From Alphaproteobacteria bacterium (lineage in GTDB: Bacteria; Pseudomonadota; Alphaproteobacteria; Rickettsiales; UBA8987), in NCBI GenBank assembly GCA_030429625.1, contig JAUIFA010000001.1:33306-97305 (forward strand): a DNA stretch of 64,000 nt, in the 5' to 3' direction. The position numbers and the translations under genes are program-made. Below are positions 47,281 through 55,758 of this stretch, piece by piece. The notes beneath the pieces were generated by a model. It did no database searches and was not told where the DNA came from. It saw only the letters and a program-made list of their open reading frames with translations. Numbering within the stretch: the first letter of the stretch is position 1; every line of letters starts with the position of its first letter.

Positions 47281-48165
47281 GTGAGCCATATTCTTGCGGT
47301 TGATGATGAACCAAACAATTTAGCAATCATAGAGTCCTATGTTGAAGATGCAGGCTATACTGTGGATACGGCTTCTGACGGGGTAGAGGCCTGGGAAATT
47401 CTACAGGAAAAATATGCGGAAATAGAGGTTATTCTCTTGGATCGAATGATGCCAAGAATGGACGGCATGGATCTTTTAGCCAAGGTTAAAGGTGACCAGA
47501 GGATGAAAAACATTCCGGTCATTATGCAGACTGCCGCAGCAGAAAAAAATCAGGTGGTAGAAGGGATTAAAGCGGGGGCATATTATTACCTCACTAAGCC
47601 GTTTGAGGGCGACGTACTTATTGCGATAGTCAATAGTGCCTTTAACGAATACAGTAATTACAAAAAGCTGCAGACGGGTGCAAATTCCATAAAGAGCATG
47701 GCAAAATATGTCACGGAAAGTCATTTTGTTCTTTCGTCGTTGGATGATGCGTATGATGTATCAACATTTCTATCTGCCTTTTTCCCCAAGCCTGAGGAAG
47801 TGGTAACGGGAATATCCGAGCTGTTGGTCAATGCGGTGGAGCACGGAAATTTGGGGATTACATACAAGGATAAGGGTGATTTTAATATTTCAGACTCATG
47901 GCTGGATGAAGTGCACAAAAGACAGAACATGTCAGAGAATAAGCATAAAAAAGTAAAGATAGATTACAAACGTGATGATAAAAAAATAACCCTGCATATT
48001 GCGGATGAGGGTGAAGGATTTGATTGGCAAAAATACATGGAGATTGATCCGGACAGGGCAACGGATAGCCATGGTAGAGGTATTGCATTGGCGAACATGA
48101 TTTCATTTGATAAGGTGGAATATTTAGGAAAAGGAAACGAAGTGGTGTGCACAACCTACACGTGA
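47281..48165 (+). CDS. Response-regulator receiver fused to an RsbW/SpoIIAB-like ATPase (HATPase_c_2-type) domain
   Basis: 294 aa with a GTG start. REC: ILAVDDEPNN, VILLDRMMPRMDG, VIMQTA, LTKPF. C-terminal half: N-box ELLVNAVEHGN, G1 IADEGEGFD, G2 GRGIALANMI. Confidence 0.75.
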   Translation: MSHILAVDDEPNNLAIIESYVEDAGYTVDTASDGVEAWEILQEKYAEIEVILLDRMMPRMDGMDLLAKVKGDQRMKNIPVIMQTAAAEKNQVVEGIKAGAYYYLTKPFEGDVLIAIVNSAFNEYSNYKKLQTGANSIKSMAKYVTESHFVLSSLDDAYDVSTFLSAFFPKPEEVVTGISELLVNAVEHGNLGITYKDKGDFNISDSWLDEVHKRQNMSENKHKKVKIDYKRDDKKITLHIADEGEGFDWQKYMEIDPDRATDSHGRGIALANMISFDKVEYLGKGNEVVCTTYT

Positions 48166-48254
48166 TAGTGATTATCGGACGATGAAATAATGGGTTGTAA
48201 TTTGTTTTTTATGTTTATATGTTAGTTTTCTCGTAAGCTGGGAGTTTTTTTATT

Positions 48255-49535
48255 ATGAGGTGTTTATTAAAAATATTGTTAGGAGTATTCCTCTTTTTTC
48301 CACTTGTGGCCAATGCTGCTTCTGATGAAGATGTTGATAGCCGCATCCGTGCGCTTGAGGCTCAGATAAAGATTCTTATGGAGCACAAGCAAAATACTAC
48401 CGAACGTATAGACGATGTAGAAAACATCATTGAGCGTGTGGATGAAAGAGTTGGCAGCCGTGCGGTGGTCAATGCGTTTGAGGCACAATCTTTAGACATC
48501 GGTGGCATAGCGGGTTCAGTTTTTACGTCTGAAACAGCAGAAAATAATTCATTTAATGGTTTTACAATCAACTTCCTTGAATTGCTTATCAAGGCAAGAT
48601 TGGATGATAAATGGTCGGCGTTTATCGCTCCTTTATTTGCCGAAGCCTCTTTTACCCAATACACAGATCCTGAGCAAAGGCGTTCTGTTACCAACGCCAA
48701 TTTAGCAACGGCGGTTAATGTATTTGGCTACATCACTTATGAGCAGAACAATATGTTTAATGTTGATTTTGGTGTGTTTCCTACCCCACAGGGGATATGG
48801 ACTCCCGAACATTTCCCACATGCCCAAGTAATCATAGATTCTCCGCAAATGTTTAGCCCAATTTGGCAGACCGATGAAATCGTTCCGTCTTTCACTCAAG
48901 GCGTTTCTGTTCGTGGCACCTATCCGGTTGAAGGTAACATTTTATCTTATAATATATTTGCCGGATATAATAATAAAATTGATATTTCAGGGGTAACCAA
49001 TCCGGTGGATGAAGGTGAGTTCCATTGGGGCACGCGTATTGCGTATAGGCATAGCGCTATAGGCACAGAGATAGGTTTGAATTATGGTCAGGGTGATAGA
49101 AATGATGATACGAACGTATCCAATCCCTTTTATACGCCTCGATCCGGTAGGGCGTATGGGCAGGAGTCAGAGTATGATTATTATGGCATAGATCTGCGCG
49201 TCAACAAGGGTAGCTTTGAAATTAAATCAGAGCTTTTTGCCACCAATGAAGATTTTGGTAGAGACAGATTGGGATGGTATGTTCAGCCAGTGTATAACGT
49301 AAACAGTAATTGGGCCATTGTTGCCCGCTATGATTTTTTCGACAATGGTGGAAATACTGGAGATAAGATAGAAAAAGTAGTAGGTTTAATATGGTCTCCT
49401 ATTCCTGCGGTGAAGTTTAGAAGTGAGCTTTCACGGGTGGAATATGAAGTTGGAACAGGAACAACCCTTTTGGGTGGGGCGTATGGCAGCGCAGATGTCG
49501 ATGTGTTTAGCCTATCTGCAACATACAGTTTCTAG
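48255..49535 (+). CDS. Outer-membrane beta-barrel porin with an N-terminal coiled coil (possibly phosphate-selective porin O/P-like)
   Basis: 426 aa with a signal peptide (PLVANA|A) and a heptad stretch (RIRALEAQIKILMEHKQ). Alternating-hydrophobicity strands run throughout, and the protein ends in an aromatic residue (SATYSF). Confidence 0.6.
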   Translation: MRCLLKILLGVFLFFPLVANAASDEDVDSRIRALEAQIKILMEHKQNTTERIDDVENIIERVDERVGSRAVVNAFEAQSLDIGGIAGSVFTSETAENNSFNGFTINFLELLIKARLDDKWSAFIAPLFAEASFTQYTDPEQRRSVTNANLATAVNVFGYITYEQNNMFNVDFGVFPTPQGIWTPEHFPHAQVIIDSPQMFSPIWQTDEIVPSFTQGVSVRGTYPVEGNILSYNIFAGYNNKIDISGVTNPVDEGEFHWGTRIAYRHSAIGTEIGLNYGQGDRNDDTNVSNPFYTPRSGRAYGQESEYDYYGIDLRVNKGSFEIKSELFATNEDFGRDRLGWYVQPVYNVNSNWAIVARYDFFDNGGNTGDKIEKVVGLIWSPIPAVKFRSELSRVEYEVGTGTTLLGGAYGSADVDVFSLSATYSF

Positions 49536-49552
49536 GTCAGGGAGGGTTTAAC

Positions 49553-49996
49553 ATGGAGAAGAAAAAAATGAAGATTTTTATTCTTTTGTTCTTGTTTTCT
49601 GTAACATATATCAATCCGGCCTTTGCGGTTGCAAAGGAATATGCGGTGATCACAAATCTGGAAAATAACAGCTCCGCAACAGTGGACGATATAAAAAATC
49701 TTTATCTCAAAGAATTAAGTAATTGGCCAAATGGCCAGAAAGCAATTGCGTATGGCCGAGATAAGAACTCCCCTGAACAGATAGCATTTAATAAAACGAT
49801 TCTGGGGCTTTCGGATGTTCAAATTAGTAACCACTGGATCTATAAGAAGCAGGTCTCGGGGGAAACGCCCCCGCGGGCAATTTCATCAAAACGTATGCTG
49901 TTACGTCAGATTGCCAAGCGTCCGGGTTCGTTTGGGATAGTTGCTGCCGATCAAGTCAATAGTGGTGTGAAGGTCGTGGTCACTTTTTCTGATTAG
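49553..49996 (+). CDS. Small periplasmic protein resembling a single lobe of a PstS-type (PBP_like_2) binding protein
   Basis: 147 aa with a signal peptide (INPAFA|V). DDIKNLYLKELSNWPNGQKAIAYGRDKNS and IAKRPGSFGIVAADQVNSGVKVV resemble phosphate-binding-protein motifs. It lies 17 nt downstream of the porin gene. Confidence 0.45.
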   Translation: MEKKKMKIFILLFLFSVTYINPAFAVAKEYAVITNLENNSSATVDDIKNLYLKELSNWPNGQKAIAYGRDKNSPEQIAFNKTILGLSDVQISNHWIYKKQVSGETPPRAISSKRMLLRQIAKRPGSFGIVAADQVNSGVKVVVTFSD

Positions 49997-50051
49997 AATG
50001 AGATAGATAATTAAACATTTCATTCTACGATGTTCCTGTTATAATCGGAGC

Positions 50052-50705
50052 ATGATCCGTTTAGCGTTATTGTCTGTGATACTAATCTCTTGTGTTTCGA
50101 CCAATCTGTTGGCGCAAGGTGATGCGCTTTCTCAAAACAAGAATTCTCTATCTAAGGGGCAGGAAATTACTGCTCTGCCAAAACTTCAAATCGCAGAGAA
50201 AATTCTGTCAGAAGAACGTCAATCTGGGTATCAGGGTGTGTTGCCAACGGCTAACTTCTTATCAGGCTACAAGGTAAAGATGTATCCGGGGATTATAAAA
50301 CATTACAAAGACGCACAATCCTTGGCCGATCAAGGCAATGTTGAATATATGGCTTATGTAGGAAATTTATATTCCCGCCAGATGAACCTAAAAGAAGCAG
50401 ACAAATGGATGAAAAAAGCCGCAGACCTTGGTCACGCTGGTGCTAAAGAATATTTAAAGCCAAAAGCTCCCGGTTGGGGTGCGGGAGTGTTTGCGGCGTT
50501 GCGTGGGGATGATGAAGAGGCAATAAAGAACTTTCAAATAGGGGCAGAAAAAGGCGATGTAAACGCACAATATGCCCTTGGAATGATGATCGTGAAAGCT
50601 GGAGATGCAGACAAAGGTATGGAGTGGATCAAGCGCGCGGCGGCGTTTGGGCATAAAGAAGCCCAGTTTATGGTCAAAATGATGGAAAATGTAAAAGCAG
50701 AATAG
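50052..50705 (+). CDS. Sel1-repeat (TPR-like) exported protein
   Basis: 217 aa with an N-terminal signal and a possible lipobox (LIS|C). Sel1-type repeats: AADLGHAGAKEYL, GAEKGDVNAQYALGMM, RAAAFGHKEAQFMV. Confidence 0.75.
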   Translation: MIRLALLSVILISCVSTNLLAQGDALSQNKNSLSKGQEITALPKLQIAEKILSEERQSGYQGVLPTANFLSGYKVKMYPGIIKHYKDAQSLADQGNVEYMAYVGNLYSRQMNLKEADKWMKKAADLGHAGAKEYLKPKAPGWGAGVFAALRGDDEEAIKNFQIGAEKGDVNAQYALGMMIVKAGDADKGMEWIKRAAAFGHKEAQFMVKMMENVKAE

Positions 50706-50708
50706 TTA

Positions 50709-51125
50709 TTATTCGTCTTTAAGTGTTTGAAGATAGGCAATGACATTAATGATATGTTGTTTCTTGTGTACACCAACAAAGGTCATATTCGTGCCTTGAA
50801 CATACCATCTGGGATTATTAAGGAATTGGTACAGTTCTTTAACTTCCCAATTGCCTCCCTTTGTGGACATAGCGTCTGAATATTTATACCCTTCTGTAGC
50901 ACCAATCTTTCTACCGACAATGTTCCATAAATTAGGCCCAACACTGTGCTTTTCTCCTTTACCTAGCGTGTGGCATCCTTTACAAGCACTTGCTTTACGT
51001 TTCCCCATGCCTATATTGGCATCTGTAAGAAGTTCATCCAGATTGGAAGGTACTTCTACCGCATGAGCATTGTACAACGGAAGCGGAACAAAAGATAGAA
51101 AGAGAAAAAGAGCTACTAAACGCAT
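50709..51125 (-). CDS. Class I cytochrome c (c2/c550-like)
   Basis: 138 aa with a signal peptide, heme motif CKGCH, and distal Met context (GTNMTFVG). Confidence 0.85.
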   Translation of the reverse strand: MRLVALFLFLSFVPLPLYNAHAVEVPSNLDELLTDANIGMGKRKASACKGCHTLGKGEKHSVGPNLWNIVGRKIGATEGYKYSDAMSTKGGNWEVKELYQFLNNPRWYVQGTNMTFVGVHKKQHIINVIAYLQTLKDE

Positions 51126-51217
51126 TATATTACCCCTATTGTATAATCGACTAATACTACAATATACGGTTGAGTATAATCAATTTATTTCTCTTGATCA
51201 ATAAAGGAAAAGAAATA

Positions 51218-53050
51218 ATGGCCACCCCCCTTATTTTAAGTATTCAGGACGCGTATGTGACCTTTGGGGGCAAGCCACTGTTTGACTCTCTGTCCTTTAC
51301 GGTGCATGAGGGTGATAAAATATGTTTGGTTGGCAAGAACGGTGCGGGTAAAACCACATTGATGCACATGATTACCGGGACAAAAGAGCTTGATGGCGGC
51401 AAACGCTGGGAAGCACCAGGCACGCGAGTGGGATATTTGCATCAGGAAATCAGTGTGGAGGAGGAAGTAAAATTATTTGATTATATTTTCCAAGGGCTGC
51501 CGGAAGAAAAAAGAACCCAAGACTATGAGTACATGGTGGAGATGGTCTGCGAACCATTGGAGCTTAATGAAAACGATTTGATGGGAAAACTCTCTGGTGG
51601 ACAGTTGCGCCGTGCCGCGTTGGCACGTGCTTTGGTAGAAGAGCCAGACATATTGCTTTTGGATGAGCCAACCAACCACCTTGATCTGGGGGCAATAGAG
51701 TGGCTTGAAGAATATTTAAAATCCTACCGTGGTGCACTGTTGTGCGTGAGCCACGATAAAACCTTTCTCAAAAATATTTCCGACAAAGTATTCTGGCTGG
51801 ATCGTGGAAACATAAGGGTGTGTCCCAAGGGTTATACCCATTTTGATCAATGGTCTGAGATGTTGTTGGAGCAGGAAAGAAGAGAGCTGGAAAACCGTCA
51901 GAAGATTGTTTCTCAGGAACAAGATTGGGCCAACAAAGGCATCAAGGCACGTAGAAAACGCAATATTCGCCGCCTCGAACAGATGAAAATTGCCCGTGAT
52001 AAGTTAAAATCAGACAAAAGCCTCTTTAACAAAACCATGCGTAAGATTGAGCTTGAGCCACTTTCTGCTGCCGAATCTTCTAAGATAGTGGCCGAATTTT
52101 ACCGTGTGTGTAAGTCATTTTCTGATGGAGATGAACAAAAAATAATTCTTGATAAATTTAATATCCGTATCATGAAGGGGGACAGAATTGGTCTTTTGGG
52201 AAAGAACGGCTCGGGCAAAACAAGCTTTTTAAAATTGTTAGTGGGGGAACTCAGTGTTGACGGCGGCAAAGTAAAGCTCTCCAAGAACGTTGAATTTTCG
52301 TATTTTGACCAGAAACGCAAAGATTTAAACCCCAAACATAGTCTAAGAAAAACCTTATGTCCTAATGGCGGTGATTACATCAATGTCAACGGCAAAGATC
52401 GGCATGTGTGCGGCTATTTAAAGGATTTTATGTTTGATCCAAAGGCGGCCAATGATGCGGTGTCAACGCTTTCTGGTGGGCAGAAAAACCGTTTGATGTT
52501 GGCAAAGATACTTGCCAATCCTGGCAGCTTTCTTATTTTGGATGAGCCAACCAATGATCTGGACATGGACACACTGGAAATGCTGGAGGAAATGCTCATT
52601 CATTATCCCGGAACATTGTTAGTGGTCAGCCATGACCGTGATTTTCTTGACCAAACGGTCAGTAAAATTATTGCCTTTGAGGGTGGGGGAGAAATTGAAG
52701 GATATATTGGTGGTTACAGCGATTATCTTGCGGCAAAGAACCCTAAAAATATCAAACAGGAAGTGGTAATAACCACTCCTAACAAATCTTCAGACACGGG
52801 CAACAGTCCAACCAAAGCCAACAAATTGACGTACAAATTACAATATGAGTTGGATAACCTTCCCGTTAAAATAGAACAGCTGGAAGAGGAAGTTCTTACG
52901 CTACAGGAAAGGCTCAACGACCCCATGCTGTATCAAACAGACCCTGATACATTCAGTCAAATATCAAAAAGGATAGGCATTGCCGGTAATGAGCTAAAGG
53001 AAGCAGAAACCAGATGGCTGGAACTGGAGGAAATGCGCCAGTCGTTATGA
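51218..53050 (+). CDS. ABC-F family ATPase (Uup-like)
   Basis: Two ABC cassettes (GKNGAGKTT / LSGGQLRR / LLLDEPTNHLD and GKNGSGKTS / LSGGQKNR / LILDEPTNDLD) plus a C-terminal coiled coil. The start is placed at ATG 51218 (AAGGAAA upstream) rather than the tracked 51170. Confidence 0.9.
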   Translation: MATPLILSIQDAYVTFGGKPLFDSLSFTVHEGDKICLVGKNGAGKTTLMHMITGTKELDGGKRWEAPGTRVGYLHQEISVEEEVKLFDYIFQGLPEEKRTQDYEYMVEMVCEPLELNENDLMGKLSGGQLRRAALARALVEEPDILLLDEPTNHLDLGAIEWLEEYLKSYRGALLCVSHDKTFLKNISDKVFWLDRGNIRVCPKGYTHFDQWSEMLLEQERRELENRQKIVSQEQDWANKGIKARRKRNIRRLEQMKIARDKLKSDKSLFNKTMRKIELEPLSAAESSKIVAEFYRVCKSFSDGDEQKIILDKFNIRIMKGDRIGLLGKNGSGKTSFLKLLVGELSVDGGKVKLSKNVEFSYFDQKRKDLNPKHSLRKTLCPNGGDYINVNGKDRHVCGYLKDFMFDPKAANDAVSTLSGGQKNRLMLAKILANPGSFLILDEPTNDLDMDTLEMLEEMLIHYPGTLLVVSHDRDFLDQTVSKIIAFEGGGEIEGYIGGYSDYLAAKNPKNIKQEVVITTPNKSSDTGNSPTKANKLTYKLQYELDNLPVKIEQLEEEVLTLQERLNDPMLYQTDPDTFSQISKRIGIAGNELKEAETRWLELEEMRQSL

Positions 53051-53052
53051 TG

Positions 53053-53454
53053 TTATTTTTCTGTTTCGCCCAACAATGTGGCAATTTCGGGATATCCTCG
53101 GCTTTTGGCGATTTTTCCGGCAGTAAGTCCCATAATGTTTTTAATGGTAGGATCTGCGCCATATTTTAACAACAATTTGACTGTCTCCAAATGTCCTTTA
53201 AAGGCGGCCATGTGCAGAGGCGTAGTGTTGTTTCCGGCAAGAATATTTACATCCACCCCATTCTTGAGATAAAACTCAACCAAATCATTTTGACCAAAAA
53301 ACACCGCATCGTGCAATTTGCTGAGATTGGCATCCACATATTCTATTTTAAATTTGCTTTCGGATTTCTCCTGTGCTGTACCCTCAGCCTTTTCTTGTGC
53401 GCTGGCAGGCAAAGCAAAGCAAATAAAGAGCAGTAATAAAATAATACGTAACAT
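53053..53454 (-). CDS. Exported ankyrin-repeat protein
   Basis: Signal peptide MLRIILLLLFICFALPASA|Q. Two or three ANK repeats (TPLHMAAFKGHLETVKLLLKYGADP..., GLTAGKIAKSRGYPEIATLL). The start is placed at the Met preceded by GGGAG (nt 53454); the tracked start is 53466. Confidence 0.8.
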   Translation of the reverse strand: MLRIILLLLFICFALPASAQEKAEGTAQEKSESKFKIEYVDANLSKLHDAVFFGQNDLVEFYLKNGVDVNILAGNNTTPLHMAAFKGHLETVKLLLKYGADPTIKNIMGLTAGKIAKSRGYPEIATLLGETEK

Positions 53455-53580
53455 AATCACTCCCATATTGTTATGCTTGATTATAAGATTGTATACATTC
53501 TTTATGCAAGTATTTGTATAACTTTACTTTACGTTAAATTTTTCCTATATCTAAGAAGTCACTAACAAGAAGAGGCGATT

Positions 53581-53961
53581 ATGTCCTATGTAGTAGTAGC
53601 GGCAGGCGGTGCCATAGGCGCGGTGTTGCGGTATGTTTTGATGAATCTGGTGGGTACACGTAATATTTTTGGGCTGCATTTGCCCTACGGAACTTTAGCA
53701 GTCAATATTCTCGGGTCGTTCCTTATGGGGGTGATGATTGAATATATTGCCCGTCATGTCAGTGGCTCACAACATCTTCATCTTTTCTTTGCGGTAGGTA
53801 TATTAGGCAGTTTTACTACCTTCTCTACCTTCTCTCTTGATGTGATTGTGATGATGCAGCGTGGTGAAATGACTCAGATGGCTGTCTACATCATTGGTTC
53901 TGTGATGATATCTATTGTTGCGCTATTTTTAGGCATATCGCTGATACGAGCGATTGTATGA
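53581..53961 (+). CDS. crcB: Fluoride channel CrcB/FluC
   Basis: 126 aa with four TM segments, GGAIGAVLRY, GTLAVNILGSF and LGSFTTFSTFS. Confidence 0.9.
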   Translation: MSYVVVAAGGAIGAVLRYVLMNLVGTRNIFGLHLPYGTLAVNILGSFLMGVMIEYIARHVSGSQHLHLFFAVGILGSFTTFSTFSLDVIVMMQRGEMTQMAVYIIGSVMISIVALFLGISLIRAIV

Positions 53962-54950
53962 AGCCAAGCTTTGAGAAAGTAGCCAAAGAGGATGAGGGTG
54001 TCCGGCTTGATAAATGGTTTAAAGAATATCATCCCGAAATATCCTTTATTTTATTGCAAAAATTATTACGTAAGAATGCGGTTAAGGTTGATGGGAAGAA
54101 AGCCGTTGTGAAACAGATTCTCTCTGCTGGGCAGGAGATTAGAGTTCCAGCAGTGGAACATACACAAACCCTTGCCTCCAAAATACAAAAGACCATTGAT
54201 TTTGATAAGGTAGATGCGCTGTTGGTAGAAAATATTCTTTTTAAGAACAGCAATTTGGTGGTGATTAACAAACCTCCTGGACTGCCGGTTCAGGGAGGAA
54301 GTAAGGTGTCGTTGTGCGTGGATGATATGCTTCCTGCTTTGGCAAAACATCTTGACGGGCAAGAAAACACAAGCGGATCAAAGAACAAAATTAAATTAAT
54401 CCACAGAATAGACAAAGATACGAGTGGGATATTAATGTTGGCGCGCAATGCCCAGACAGCAAGCCTTGCCGGAGACAGTTTCAAAAACAAAGAATTTATA
54501 AAAACCTACTGGGCCTTAGTTGTGGGCGTGCCGCCACTGGAAGATGGGGAAATTCATTTGCCCCTTTCTCCGATGGTGGGCGCAGGAAACATTGAGAAAA
54601 TGGTGGTAGATGAAGACAATGGTAAAAAATCCATTACCCATTACCACGTTATTGAAAAACTCTCTAATGACCTTTCTTGGGTAGCCATGCAGCCTATTTC
54701 TGGAAGAAAGCATCAGTTAAGGGTACATATGGCGTCCATCGGCCATCCGATTGTTGGGGACGGAAAATACGGTGGAAAAGAGGCATTTATTGATGGTTTG
54801 AGCAAAAAACTTCATCTGCACGCACGTCGTATTGAACATCCATCTTTTATGGGCAAGGCGCTTGATATTACTGCTCCTGTGCCACGCCATATGAAGGACA
54901 GTTGGAAGATGTTTGAGTTTAACAGTGATGACCGTAAGGATTATTTCTAA
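53958..54950 (+). CDS. RluA-family 23S rRNA pseudouridine synthase (RluC/D-like) with an S4 domain
   Basis: 330 aa with an S4-like N-terminus (RLDKW...LRKNAVKVDGKK) and the catalytic motif HRIDKDTSGILMLA, plus HQLRVH. Its ATG overlaps the crcB stop codon. Confidence 0.88.
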   Translation: MKPSFEKVAKEDEGVRLDKWFKEYHPEISFILLQKLLRKNAVKVDGKKAVVKQILSAGQEIRVPAVEHTQTLASKIQKTIDFDKVDALLVENILFKNSNLVVINKPPGLPVQGGSKVSLCVDDMLPALAKHLDGQENTSGSKNKIKLIHRIDKDTSGILMLARNAQTASLAGDSFKNKEFIKTYWALVVGVPPLEDGEIHLPLSPMVGAGNIEKMVVDEDNGKKSITHYHVIEKLSNDLSWVAMQPISGRKHQLRVHMASIGHPIVGDGKYGGKEAFIDGLSKKLHLHARRIEHPSFMGKALDITAPVPRHMKDSWKMFEFNSDDRKDYF

Positions 54951-55000
54951 ATAAATTAATAACATTGTTATATACGTTAACACTTTGTTAACCTTTTTAA

Positions 55001-55009
55001 TGGTATAAT
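55001..55009 (+). promoter_or_regulatory. Candidate extended -10 promoter element for the 55074 ORF
   Basis: TGgTATAAT at 55001-55009, 65 nt upstream of the ATG. TTGTTA lies 13 nt upstream, which is poor -35 spacing. Assigned by eye only. Confidence 0.3.
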
Positions 55010-55073
55010 GGTCGAGTGAGTAAGTGTTTCTATGATGTTTAGAAATGATTGGCCTTTATGAAAGAGGGGAATA

Positions 55074-55664
55074 ATGGTGGACTTTAGGCATGACAATGGA
55101 GAAGAGGGTATTCTTTATACCTCCCATACTACAACTGGATATAAGTGTATAGCCAGTAGTTTTCAAAGAGATAAACAGTTAAATGATGGGGTTATTTTTT
55201 ATGCCAAACACATTGTTGGCTCGGACGGTCACCCGTATACGGAAGTGGGGCTTTCGGGTTTGCTGGATAACGAGAGACAGCCGGCCATCAATCAGATAAA
55301 AAATGATCTAAAAAATGCAGGTTTTATTGAAGTGATGGATCTTTCTTCGGTGGCAAACAATGCCATGGCCTACAGCGAACATAAATGTGCGGATCATGAC
55401 AGTGTTGCGGTCAGAGTGTGTGCCGGAAAAGGCAGTATCAGCAAAATTGTGGACATATTGGCTAAGATGATTTTTGAATCTTCACGTGAATTTGTCAAAG
55501 AGCAGGAATCTATCCCTGATGTGTTGTTTGAATCTATATTAGATTCAATGGGCGAAGAGATGGATCGTGGCCCTGGCGGACACGATATGGCGGTGAAGAA
55601 AGCAAGAGATTTGGCTAATTTATTTGAGAACGGAATTATCTGGGAAAATTCTCTTATGAATTAG
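55074..55664 (+). CDS. Hypothetical protein (no recognisable domain)
   Basis: 196 aa. AGAGGGG lies 5 nt upstream of the ATG. There is no signal peptide or TM segment. It has its own promoter-like element and a strong downstream terminator. Confidence 0.5.
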   Translation: MVDFRHDNGEEGILYTSHTTTGYKCIASSFQRDKQLNDGVIFYAKHIVGSDGHPYTEVGLSGLLDNERQPAINQIKNDLKNAGFIEVMDLSSVANNAMAYSEHKCADHDSVAVRVCAGKGSISKIVDILAKMIFESSREFVKEQESIPDVLFESILDSMGEEMDRGPGGHDMAVKKARDLANLFENGIIWENSLMN

Positions 55665-55721
55665 GCACAGAAAAGAGAGGAGGCGTATTTTAAGTAAGAA
55701 GTATGTCTAGAGAGGGTGAAG

Positions 55722-55750
55722 AAAGGCTACATAAACATGTAGCCTTTTTC
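55722..55750. terminator. Intrinsic terminator between convergent genes
   Basis: Perfect 11-bp stem AAAGGCTACAT (55722-55732), loop AAAC, then ATGTAGCCTTT (55737-55747), followed by TTC TATTTT on the + strand. The reverse strand reads TTTCTTC after the stem, so it is weaker in that direction. Confidence 0.75.
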
Positions 55751-55758
55751 TATTTTGA

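Noticed and set aside
53467-53580. Possible fluoride riboswitch upstream of crcB
   Set aside because: I read the 114-nt leader for the conserved crcB-motif features (paired GGnGA...UCnCC helices and a pseudoknot with a downstream CCGCC/UGAUGAU-like core) and found nothing resembling them. The region is AT-rich and unstructured by eye. A covariance-model scan (Rfam RF01734) would be decisive.
55012-55073. 9-codon upstream mini-ORF (MMFRNDWPL) in the leader of the orphan gene
   Set aside because: It is too short, has no SD and has no supporting feature. Noted only as a possibility.
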